Assembly: GCA_951406725.2 (NCBI GenBank)
Contig: OX597814.1
Span: 157,480,001 to 157,544,000 of the forward strand
DNA from: Octopus vulgaris
Lineage: Eukaryota
Length of the DNA: 64,000 nt
Reading direction: 5' to 3'
A program made the position numbers and the translations under genes. This document shows, piece after piece, positions 50,871 through 62,066 of the stretch (position 1 is the first letter of the stretch; each line of letters begins with the position of its first letter). The notes beneath the pieces were generated by a model. It made no database searches. It had not been told where the DNA came from and worked only from the letters and a program-made list of their open reading frames with translations.

Positions 50871-51332
50871 TGAGGGAGATAAATTAATATTAATTTTAAT
50901 ATCAATTTAAAACCAGTAGTCTAGCATACAAAAAATCTGAGAAATCAGAGAAAATTCTAATATATGTGTATATTGGCAGGGCATGACTGCTAGGTAGTCG
51001 GCCGCATGCTAGAAATAGATCATCAACGATCAAACTACAAAGAAAGTTCTCTAGAGGAAAAATTCAGCGAACACCAGAACCAAATTTGGCGGGCAGGACA
51101 GATGAAAATTTATATAAAAAACAGAATTAATTGCATACCCCGGTTTCGGCCTTTAACAAAAGAATTACTTACATAATTCAAATGTCCGTGGCTTCATCAG
51201 TACAATCGTTCAGTGTAAATGCAATTCGCAAAACTAACCCCAGCTTTCTGTGCCAAGACAGACACGTGCTTAGTTTTACCGATTACATTAAGGATAAAAT
51301 TTCAAATGTCTTAGTTCCGGCGCGTTAAGAAA
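50865..51332 (-). mobile_element. Non-coding PLE-like pLTR element in (TA)n with degenerate hammerhead
   Basis: Minus strand TGTA-CTGATGA-aGCC..GGCc-GAAACCGG-GG-TATG at 51131-51205; TA flanks. Confidence 0.55.
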
Positions 51333-51354
51333 TATATATATATATATATATATA

Positions 51355-51742
51355 CTCTTTTACTTGTTTCAGTCATTTGACTGTGGCCATGCTGGAGCAC
51401 CGCCTGTAGTCGAGCAAATCGACCCCAGGAGTTATTCTTTGTAAGCCTAGTACTTAATCTATCGGCCTCTTTCGCCGGAACCGCCAGGTTATGGGGACGT
51501 AAACACACCACCATCGGTTGTCAAGAGATGGTGGGGGGACAAACACAGACACACAAACATATACATACACATACATACATATATACATATATACGACGAG
51601 CTTCTTACAGTTTCTGTCTAGCAAATCCACTTACAAGGCTTTAGTCGGCCCGAGGCTATAGTAGAAGACATTTGTCCAAGGTGCCATGTGGGGCCATGTG
51701 GTTGGTAAGCAAGCAACTTACCACACAGCCACTCCTACGCCT
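51355..51742 (-). mobile_element. tRNA-derived SINE (50079 family), B-box region deleted
   Basis: Homologous to 50079-50482. Confidence 0.88.
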
Positions 51743-51763
51743 ATATATATATGTATGTATGTA

Positions 51764-52907
51764 CTGGGTCATAAAGCGTTTTTTGCGATAGCATGAATTA
51801 AAAGGCGGAGGAGGACGGGATAAACTACCTGTATCAACTTGGTATAAATGCAGGTGGTAATTTTACTTTGTACTTATACTTAGTGCAAGTTTTGAAAACT
51901 GAATTTCGATTTCAAAAGTTATTTTTTCAAAGCTACAATGGAAGTCACAAACGAGAATATTCGTCATAGTTTGTACTATGAGTTATATGCCAACGCTGTT
52001 CCAGAAATTCCAAGCCGGAAATTACAGCCTAGAAGACGAGCCTCGTCCTTGAAGATCTGTAGAGCTTGACGAGAACGTCCTGCAAACACTGGCGAAACAA
52101 AGTCCCATCGTAACTGTTGAGGAAAAAAACAGAGAAGTTTGGATTTGGTCATTCAACCATTCATCGACACCTGCGTGCTATCGGAAAAGCTAATTGGGTG
52201 AATGGATTCCTCACAAACTTTCCGAGTTTAATCGCACGCAGAGAGAGAATGTTTGGTTTACCTTGCTGTCACGTCTCACGAATATACCTCTTTTGAACCG
52301 AATTGTGACGAGAAATGGGTTCTCTATAAAAATGCCAAACGCCGAAGACGGTGAGTAGTGAAAGGAGAAACACCGGTGCACCAGTCTAAAGAAAGTCTTA
52401 ACCCACCTAAGGTATTGCTAACTCTTTGGTTGGATATGGAAAGTTTATTCAACTTTGTACTTATAAATCCAAGCCAAACGATAACAAAGGAGATCAACTA
52501 CAAGCAGCTTGAGCGGCTTAAGGCAGTTCTAGAAGAAGAACGTGCATCTTTGATTTCAAGACGAAAGGTGTTCTTCCATCAGGATAATGCTCGGCCGCAT
52601 ACAGCGTGGAAGACGTTCCATAGGCTGGAACAGCTTAATTGAGAACCAATACCTCATATTTACCAGACATTTCCCCATCTGATTATCATTTATTCCGTAG
52701 TCTTCAAAATCATTTGGACGGAAAAATATGCAGGCAAGGTCAGAATAGTACTAGAGGAATATTTTTAAGTGAATTTTGGATGAAGGCCTTGGAGGTCTAC
52801 CAAATAGATGGAAGAGCATTGTAGAAAATGAAGGAGCGTATATTTGGGATTAAAAAATAACATTAAAAGAAGTATTAAAAAATTGCATTATTTATGGGAT
52901 GACCCAA
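51764..52907 (+). mobile_element. Degenerate mariner transposon
   Basis: WIPHKL (WVPHEL-like), HQDNARPH, YLPDISPSDYHLF; TIR ends CTGGGTCAT / ATGACCCAA; TA TSD. Confidence 0.9.
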
Positions 52908-53024
52908 TAAGTATACATACATACATACATACATGCATACAAGCATACATGCATACATGCATACATGCATACAGCAGTTGTCAATGCAGAACTGAAATAT
53001 AGAGAAAGCGTCAGAGTGAGAGAT

Positions 53025-53333
<309 letters not shown>

Positions 53334-53792
53334 GTGGGAGAGCAGTGCATGCCATCAAAATGACACTGCGGTAAAATATACGCAGCGAAGTATACCCATC
53401 ATGATTACCCGTCTGATAAGGGTACACTAGGCACATGCATCACAACCATATGTGCGCGACATGGTGATCTCATGTCAAGATAAACAGTACATGATCTTGC
53501 AGGTGGATCCCATATAGAATTTTCTTCTCATCGGGTAACCCATCCCGCTCAAAAGGTCCCTGAATAAGGGTTGTTAAAGGTTGTTGAACGAAACACCCAT
53601 GTTTCCAAATGTGAATTATTCAAACCCCAAAGAATCCCTCTCAACACATGACTATGATGCTCCCCCTCTACCTCCGCTCGTGATGAGAAATGCACATATC
53701 GTTAGCCACCAAGGGACCATCTCAACTGGTTAAGGTCAAACAATTGTCAAGCAAATCTGTGGCATTCAGCAGAATATTTGTTGTAGCCCATT
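53334..53792 (-). mobile_element. Non-coding TAA-associated retroelement (55051 family)
   Basis: Homologous to 55051-55512; (TTA)n on both sides. Confidence 0.85.
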
Positions 53793-53861
53793 TTGAAATC
53801 ATGTGTACCACTCTCTGGTAATTTTATTATTATTATTATTATTATTATCATTATTATTATC

Positions 53862-53909
<48 letters not shown>

Positions 53910-53955
53910 ATTATTATTATTATTATTGTTCTTCTTCTTCTTCTTCTTCTTCTTC

Positions 53956-53990
<35 letters not shown>

Positions 53991-54025
53991 GTTATTATTA
54001 CTATTATTATTATTACTATTACTAT

Positions 54026-54075
<50 letters not shown>

Positions 54076-54092
54076 TCATCATCATCATCATC

Positions 54093-54124
<32 letters not shown>

Positions 54125-54128
54125 TATT

Positions 54129-54974
54129 CAGTAGTTTTATTTTTATTTTTATAGCGTGCTTTCACTTCACTACCGAGCACAGCTCTGTGTGCCTTGGGTA
54201 TGTGCTGTGATTTGTTGTGATGCTCTGATGGTTATTGTATGGAAAGTGTTCTGCGTAGGATGTGTGCAGTGCCTAGTAGTGCAATTTTCTGTATGTTATA
54301 TGTGTTTGTAAGTCCTGGTGTTTTTGTTATGTATTTGTCTGAATATTTTTTTATCATGCCTAATGCACCTACTATGATAGGAATTGTTTCTGTTTTCAGA
54401 TTCCACATTCTAGTTACCTCTATTTCCAGGTCTTTGTATTTTGAGAGTTTCTCCATTTCTTTTAGAGACACGTTGTCATCTGCCGGTACTGATACATCAA
54501 TTAGAAAGCATTTTTTTCTTCATGGTCTCTGACAACTATATCTGGTCTGTTGGCCTTAATTTCTCTATCTGTGTGTATCGGCATATCCCAGAGTATGGTT
54601 GCTTTCTCGTTTTCTGTGACCTTTTCTGGTGTGTGCCTATACCATCTTTTTTCTGTTGTTATTCCATAATGTTGGCATAGCTTCCAATGTATGTAAGTTC
54701 TAACTCTGTCATGTCTGTGAATATATTCCTTCTTAGCCAGGACTGGGCAGCTAGAGATAATATGATTTATTGTTTCTTGTCCATCTCCACATATTCTGCA
54801 GTTACTTGTAATATTTCTTTTCATTACATGTTTTTGGTAATTTCTGGTGGGGAGGCTTTGGTCTTGTGCTGCAATTAAAAATCCCTCTGTTTCTGCTTTG
54901 AGTTTTGAGCTTCTCAACCATTGCTGGGATTTTTCTTTGTCTATTTCTTTTGCGTTTAGTTTAGTCCAGTATTT
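54129..54974 (-). mobile_element. Dong/R4-like RLE LINE family A, copy 2 (short, 5'-truncated)
   Basis: Near-identical to 24557-25397; flanked by (TTA)n. Confidence 0.93.
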
Positions 54975-54995
54975 TATTATTATTATTATTATTAA

Positions 54996-55026
<31 letters not shown>

Positions 55027-55050
55027 ATTAATATTATTATTATTATTATT

Positions 55051-55618
55051 GAGTGAGAGAGCAGAGCATGCCATCAAAGTAACACTGGGGTAAAATATAC
55101 GAAGCCCAATATACCCATCATGACCACCCGTCTGATAAAGGTACACCAGGCACATGCATCACAACCATATGTGCGCGACATGGTGATCTCATATCAAGAT
55201 AAGCAGCACATGACCTTGCAGGTGGGGCCCAGTTAGTATTTTCTTCAGGTTGAGTAGCCCATTCCGCTCAAACGGTCCCTGAATAAGGGTTGTTTAAGGA
55301 TGTTGAAAGAACCACCCATGTTTCCAGAGGTGATCTATTCAAACCCCAAAGAATCCCTCTCAACACATGGCTATGATGCTCCCCCACTACTTCTGCTCGT
55401 GATCAGAGATGCACATATCGTCAGCCACTAAGGGACATGCTCAACTGGTTACGGTCAAACAACTGACAAGCAAATCTGAGGTATTGAGCAGAATATTTGC
55501 TGTAGCCCATCTTTTATACCAAGACAAAACAATGTACATGATAACACTTCCAATCAGTTAAGATCAGAAGCCATGAGAGCCACTGCAGCCATGAGAGCCA
55601 CTGCAGCCATGAGAGCCA
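55051..55618 (-). mobile_element. Non-coding TAA-associated retroelement, longest copy, with 18-bp terminal tandem repeat
   Basis: Four copies in the window share the 3' end; GCCATGAGAGCCACTGCA x2.7 at 55570-55618. Confidence 0.85.
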
Positions 55619-55796
55619 TTATTATTATTATTATTATTACTATTATTATTATTACTATTATTATTATTACTATTACTATTACTATTACTATTAATATTAC
55701 TCTTACTATTACTACTACTACTACTTACTATTACTACTACTACCACTACTACTACTACTACTACTATCATCATCATCATCATCATCATTATTGTTA

Positions 55797-55830
<34 letters not shown>

Positions 55831-55978
55831 CATCATCATCATCATCATCATTATCATCATCATTATTATTATCATTATTATTATTATCATTATTATAATT
55901 ATTATTATCATTATTATCATTATTATTATTATCATCATTATCATCATCATCATCATCATCATTGTCATCATCATCATC

Positions 55979-56052
<74 letters not shown>

Positions 56053-56128
56053 TATTATCATTATCATTATCATTACTATTATCATTATTATTATTGTTAT
56101 TATCATTATTACTATTATTATTATTATT

Positions 56129-58095
56129 CAGTAATTTTATTTTTACAGCGTGCTTTCACTTCACTACCGAGCGCAGCTCTGTGTGCCTTGGGTATGTGCT
56201 GTGATTTGTTGTGATGCTCTGATGGTTATTGTATGGAAAGTGTTCTGCGTAGGATGTGTGCAGTGCCTAGTAGTGCAATTTTCTGTATGTTATATGTGTT
56301 TGTAAGTCCTGGTGTTTTTGTTATGTATTTGTCTGAATATTTTTTTATCATGCCTAATGCACCTACTATGATAGGAATTGTTTCTGTTTTCAGATTCCAC
56401 ATTCTAGTTACCTCCATTTCCAGGTCTTTGTATTTTGAGAGTTTCTCCATTTCTTTTAGAGACACGTTGTCATCAGCCGGTATTGATACATCAATTAGAA
56501 AGCATTTTTTTCTTCATGGTCTCTGACAACTATATCTGGTCTGTTGGCCTTAATTTCTCTATCTGTGTGTATCGGCATATCCCAGAGTATGGTTGCTTTC
56601 TCGTTTTCTGTGACCTTTTCTGGTGTGTGCCTATACCATCTTTTTTCTGTTGTTATTCCATAATGTTGGCATAGCTTCCAATGTATGTAGGTTCCAACTC
56701 TGTCATGTCTGTGAATATATTCCTTCTTAGCCAGGACTGGGCAGCTAGAGATAATATGATTTATTGTTTCTTGTCCATCTCCACATATTCTGCAGTTACT
56801 TGTAATATTTCTTTTCATTACATGTTTTTGGTAATTTCTGGTGGGGAGGCTTTGGCCTTGTGCTGCGATTAAAAATCCCTCTGTTTCTGCTTTGAGTCCT
56901 GAGCTTCTCAACCATTGCTGGGATTTTTCTTTGTCTATTTCTTTTGCGTTTAGTTTAGTCCAGTATTTACCATGAAGGGGCTTTTCTTGCCATCGTTTTA
57001 TCATGGTTCGTTGCTGTTCTATTTTTAGTTTGGATTTCATTTGTTTTATAGCTTTTGTTGTTTCTTCATCATCTTCTTCTTCTTCTTCATGTTTATTAGG
57101 TGGTATGATTTCTTGTTTGTATTTGTCAGCTTCCTTAAATACTGAGAACAGTTTTTTGTTTTGCTCGTGTTTTGCTGCTATCTGGATCAGTTTTCCTTCC
57201 TTCTGAAGTAGATATTTTTGCAGTCCTATGGTGGTTATTTTATAGTAGTTTTCCAGCTGTATAAGACCTCTACCACCTTCTATACGTTGTATATATAGTC
57301 TTTCTATGTCAGATTTTGGGTGATGCATCCTAGATCCTGTCATTATTTTTCTTGTTTTCCTATCTATTTTGGACAGTTCATTTCGTGTCCAGTTAAGGAT
57401 ATTGTAGCTGTAACTTATAACTGGGACAACTAAAGTGTTGATACCTATTATCTTGTTTTTAGCATTGAGCTCTGTTTTTAGTATTGATCTAACTCGTCTA
57501 TAATATTCTTTTTTTATTTTCTCTTTCATTTGTGTGTGTTGTGTTTTATCTAGTTCATGGATTCCTAAGTATTTGTAAGTTTGGGTTTGGTCTAATTCTT
57601 TTATTTCATTGGTTTTATCTAGTGTGATGTTGTTACTCTTAACTAGTTTTCCTCTTTTCAGGGTTACTTTGGAGCATTTTTCTAATCCAAATTTCATATC
57701 TATTTCTTTGGTAAATCCATGAACTGTCTTTAATAGTGTTTCAAGCTGTTTGTCATTTGCAGCGTATAGTTTTAGGTCATCCATATATAAAAGGTGGCTG
57801 ATCGTTTTGCCGTAACATTTATATCCGCATCCAGTTCTATTTAGCATATCAGATAGAGGTGACAGTGCCAAGCAGAAAAGGAGTGGAGAGAGCGTGTCTC
57901 CCTGGAATATTCCTCTTCTAATGGGGATGTCTTTGGTTTTCATGAGTCCCTCTTTTGTTTGGAGGTGTAGGAATGTTTGCCATTTATTCATAGAATGCTC
58001 TATGAATTTTATGATTGTTGGTGCTACTTTGTTAATGGCTAGTGTTTCGAGGATCCATGTGTGGGGGATGCTATCAAACGCCTTTTTGTAGTCAA
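56129..58095 (-). mobile_element. Dong/R4-like RLE LINE family A, copy 3 (5'-truncated)
   Basis: Open RT-thumb-CCHC frame of 498 aa, plus the RLE C-terminus after a frameshift; (TTA)n flanks. Confidence 0.95.
56495..57991 (-). CDS. RLE LINE reverse transcriptase, CCHC knuckle and start of restriction-like endonuclease
   Basis: GIFQGDTLSPLLF, YMDD, YKYLG, GGRGL, CRICG..H....C, RHD, RPDIVV. Confidence 0.9.
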   Translation of the reverse strand: MNKWQTFLHLQTKEGLMKTKDIPIRRGIFQGDTLSPLLFCLALSPLSDMLNRTGCGYKCYGKTISHLLYMDDLKLYAANDKQLETLLKTVHGFTKEIDMKFGLEKCSKVTLKRGKLVKSNNITLDKTNEIKELDQTQTYKYLGIHELDKTQHTQMKEKIKKEYYRRVRSILKTELNAKNKIIGINTLVVPVISYSYNILNWTRNELSKIDRKTRKIMTGSRMHHPKSDIERLYIQRIEGGRGLIQLENYYKITTIGLQKYLLQKEGKLIQIAAKHEQNKKLFSVFKEADKYKQEIIPPNKHEEEEEDDEETTKAIKQMKSKLKIEQQRTMIKRWQEKPLHGKYWTKLNAKEIDKEKSQQWLRSSGLKAETEGFLIAAQGQSLPTRNYQKHVMKRNITSNCRICGDGQETINHIISSCPVLAKKEYIHRHDRVGTYIHWKLCQHYGITTEKRWYRHTPEKVTENEKATILWDMPIHTDREIKANRPDIVVRDHEEKNAF

Positions 58096-58166
<71 letters not shown>

Positions 58167-58190
58167 CATTATTATCATTATTATTATTAT

Positions 58191-59572
58191 TTGATGCAGT
58201 AATAGAGCTGTTAAAACAGAGGCTCATGGCAAAAAGCCAGAGGATAAGATTTGTGAACAGAAATATGCAGTTCGAGAACAGATTGTTCAAGAATAACCCG
58301 AATCAGTTCTTCCTAACTTAAGAAGGAGACAATGTAGAAAATATTGTTCCTGATGCAAATGAAGCCAAGAAATTCTGGAATGGATTATGGGGAAAGATGT
58401 GGTGCATAAAAGTGAATCAATGTGGTTAGGAACTATCAAGACAGAATTACAAGGAGGAATGAAACAAAGGAATATTGTCATAAGCACGGGTGATGTGAAA
58501 GAACAAGTGCCTAACTGGAGCCCCCCCGGACCAGATAGGATTCATGGCTGCTGGCAGAAGAGAAACCACGCGATGCATGAATGACTAGAAGCCCAATTAA
58601 ATGAGTGTATCCAGATAGCTACAGTCCCCGCGTGGATGGTGACTGAGAGGACAACACTGGTAAAGAAAGATAGAAGAAAGGGGAATATTGTAGGAAAGTA
58701 CTGTCCAATAGCATACCTAAACATAATCTGGAAGATACTCACTGGAATATGTGAGGCAAAGACATACACTTTCCTGGCACAGGAAGAAATACTACCAAGG
58801 GAACAGAAATGATGTAGGAAGAGTTCTCAGGGTACCAAGTATCACCTGGTCTTCGATTAAGCAGTTTTGAAGCATTGTAAAAAACATCATACAAACATGT
58901 CTATGGCTTGGATTGACTTTAAGAAGGCACATGATATGGTGCCTTATTTTTGGACCGTTGAATACCTGCAGATGTTCGGTGTTGCAGACAATGTCACAAA
59001 TTTTCTGATGCCTGGCAGGAAAAAGTAGAAAACCAAATTGTACTCAGGTAGTGTATTCCTTGGAGAAGTTAATATTAAAATGGGAATCTTCCAAGGTGAC
59101 TCATTTTCACCGTTCCTATTTTTTATAATTGCACTAATACCCATAACAATGACACTTAGGAAACGTAAGAAGAGTTACCGATGTGATGAAGAAAGGCCAA
59201 TCATTCAACCATCTTCTGTTTATGAATGACCTGAAATTATTTGGGAAAATTGAAAAACAAATAGGGTTCTTAACCAAAACAGTCCAGAAGTGTGGTTGGG
59301 ACATCGGTATGAAATTTGGGATTACCAAATGCTCAGTACTTAATATGGAAAGAGGGAAGAAAGCAGCCTGCAGAGGAGTGAAGTTACCATCAGGAGAGAC
59401 CATGGGTGAACCCGACGGTTGTGGGTATAGATATTTAGGGATTTTGGTGATGGATGACATTCTACACAGAGAGATGAAAGTCAAGGTCAGCGAGGCGTAT
59501 CAAAAAGGAGGAAATATTAACACTGGATAGAAGGACGAGAAAGTTGATGAGGCTGCATGGGGCGCTACACCC
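58191..59572 (+). mobile_element. Older degenerate R4/Dong-like LINE (family D)
   Basis: PNWSPPGPDRIHGCW, MAWIDFKKAHD, GIFQGDSFSP, LFMNDLKLF, YRYLG; many stops. Confidence 0.85.
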
Positions 59573-59574
59573 TA

Positions 59575-60180
59575 AAGCAAACATAAACAGACGCTTGTAA
59601 CGAAATGTTCGGCAAGTTCCGTTGAACTACTGTTACTGTGTCTGACGTCGAATATGTGCCCATTAAACCTTTTGTTTAATTGTTCTGTTGTACAACCAAC
59701 ATAAATCAAGTTGTTTTTCGTGCATTCTGCAGCGTACATCAAATGAGAATCTCTACATATCTCCACCGCCGCTCCAATCGTCCACATCATATTAATCGGT
59801 CAAATCCGAAATACCAATTTTTGAGGATAAAACGGATTTGTACTGACATAGGGGATTACTGGAAACATGCAAATACTTTTGTACATCATTATGTCAAACG
59901 CGGTTACAGTGAATCACGATTAAAGGAAATAGCAAATGAATTATCTGAGATTAGCAAAGAGAGTCAAACCTTCACGCATAATTTTATCAAACACAATCAA
60001 TAGATGGCAGAATTCATTCAGTGATTAACTGGCACCGAAATTTCGCTGGCATTTCAAAAGAGTTGCATGAAAATTACCAGCATGTGGCGAAAAAAATCCT
60101 CGTTTAAAACAGATATTTCCTCAGCCACCTATTGTAGCCTTCAGACCGAATAAGAATATAGGAAAATTATTGATAGAGAT
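59575..60180. mobile_element. Rearranged PLE fragments: GIY-YIG on minus strand, RT thumb on plus strand
   Basis: Minus: LMYAAECTKNNLIYVGCT..LNKRFNGH..ELAEHF. Plus: YLHRRS..P..QFLRIKRICT..KRGYS, PPIVAFRPNKNIGKLL. Confidence 0.75.
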
Positions 60181-60786
60181 ATTATTATTTCTAATTCTCT
60201 CTAAAGGAGACTAGGGCAACTGTAATGTATATTAATAGTTATCGCCAAGCTAATATGGCAGTCCAGAAAAATAGGACGAATGAAGCCGTTGATCAGCTCC
60301 AAGAGGCCGTCGCCTCTAGCTAGCTATGTGACACACAAACCTGTGTCCATTAAAACCTTCGAACAGGGGGAAGTCCGCAGCTTCTCCTTGCTGGTCTGGC
60401 ATCCACAGAATAGTTTCGAGGTGTTTACCTTTTATCAATGTGGTGTAGCCGAACCCAGCAATTCTCTTTATTACGATAAAAACAATCAAACATAGAAAGG
60501 ACAACACAGGACACTACAAACATTTAAAAGGGTTATTTAGCGATTTTGTTATGAAAATAAATAAATATGACTAATATAATAGGTTTTATTTTTAAATGTT
60601 GATGTTCCTTCTTTTTAGCTGTTTTAAGTTCCAATTTCTTTTTAAAGTTCCAACTGCTACACCTTTTCTTTTTACCATGGATGATTTAAGTAGGGGCACA
60701 CACTCCCAACTTCCTTACCACATCTTTCCATCTTTTTTCATATGCTCTTTTCGACAGGTGCTTTCTCTCCAGCCCTATCTTGCTTT

Positions 60787-61647
60787 TCAGGTGGTACCTG
60801 TAGTAATATAGGATTCCAGAGCCGGAGATGAAGGTCCTGACGTCAAACCTTGCATTCTAGTTCTCCATGCACACTCTTTCACAACTGCGACTGTACATAG
60901 AAAACAAGCCTCACCTTCCTTAGATAGTCCGGTGGGCGGTACATTCTTAATAACAAACTCAGCTGATAGCTGTACTCTTCCTAAATGTGACAACACGTGT
61001 TCTACGTAAATTGTCATCTCCGAAAGCTGGGTGCATTGTACAAAGGCGTGCAGGATAGTTTCCTTATCCTGCCCGCATCTTGGACATTCGGGTGGCACTG
61101 AAATCCCGTGCCTGGACAATTTCTCGCAAACAGGTGACGCGTTCCTGAAACACTGCCAGGTCAGGAATCTTTGGTAATTGTCCAAATACCCTACCCCGAA
61201 AGTATTCCGAAACCGGTTGGATAGCTGGTCCTTATCGAGTCCCAGAGTCTCTACTAGAACGTCGTCACTTTTAAACTCTACCAACCCTTTGTAAAATGCA
61301 GAGGTGGTATTTTCGCTGCCGGCCTTACCTGCCTTGAAGATTAGTGCAAGTGCCTGCCGACATTCCTTTTGCCATTCAGTCGTGTTTTGTCTTTTAATCA
61401 AACCAGGTTTAAATTCCTCCAGGGAGGCTGGTCGTGGAAAGAATTGCCCTGCGAGCGAATTCCACACCTGACAACCATCCAGGTAAAGCCAGAGATGCCT
61501 TAGTCTCAATGCATGTTTGCACATCAGCAGCCACGACATCCCTAGGCCACTCTTTAACAGCTCTAGATAGCACACGGAGCGCCTCACAAGCGGCTTTCCC
61601 CTCCATAAAAAGCGGAAGAGAGTTCGAACCAGCTTGTTTAGCCACAA
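60787..61647 (-). pseudogene. ORF2 C-terminal part (zf-RVT-like), frameshift-separated
   Basis: LFRFLWRGK, GLG, CPRCGQDKETILHAFVQC. Confidence 0.85.
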
Positions 61648-62066
61648 ATCGGGTCAAGGAACGACGGTCAGGCGGTAGGTGGTAACAGACGCAATAAACG
61701 TCTGCACCACCTCCGCCCTCCTTTCAAGGACAGCGCTGTCTGGACCAGGTCCGGGTTAGCGCTTCTCTCTTGTTCGTCACCTCACTCCAAATCTTCTCCG
61801 TCTGGGAGCCTGGACCAAATCAGACTCCAAGCAACTTAACAGGACCATCCGTCCAGTGCCCCACGACACTGGACGTCATCGGCTTGCTGCTCCAGGTACC
61901 GAGCCGTTAGCTTTTGCCCCTGCCACCGTCTCGTATTTTCTGATTGCCTCCGCTACACGAGGTAGCTGAGTCATCTTGGATGCGGTGATGGTGACGTCAT
62001 CCGCCTATGCAGAGACACTCTTACCACATCCGATTTCATTAGTGGTGCTTCCCAACTTTTCCAACC

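Noticed and set aside
51008-51018. GCTAGAAATAG, identical to part of the Cas9 sgRNA scaffold
   Set aside because: Only 11 nt with no flanking scaffold; eukaryotic repeat context; no cas genes.
58191-58330. Plus-strand RLE element next to (TTA)n as part of the co-oriented array
   Set aside because: Opposite polarity, older, and abutting at an internal breakpoint rather than a 3' end; treated as a pre-existing neighbour.
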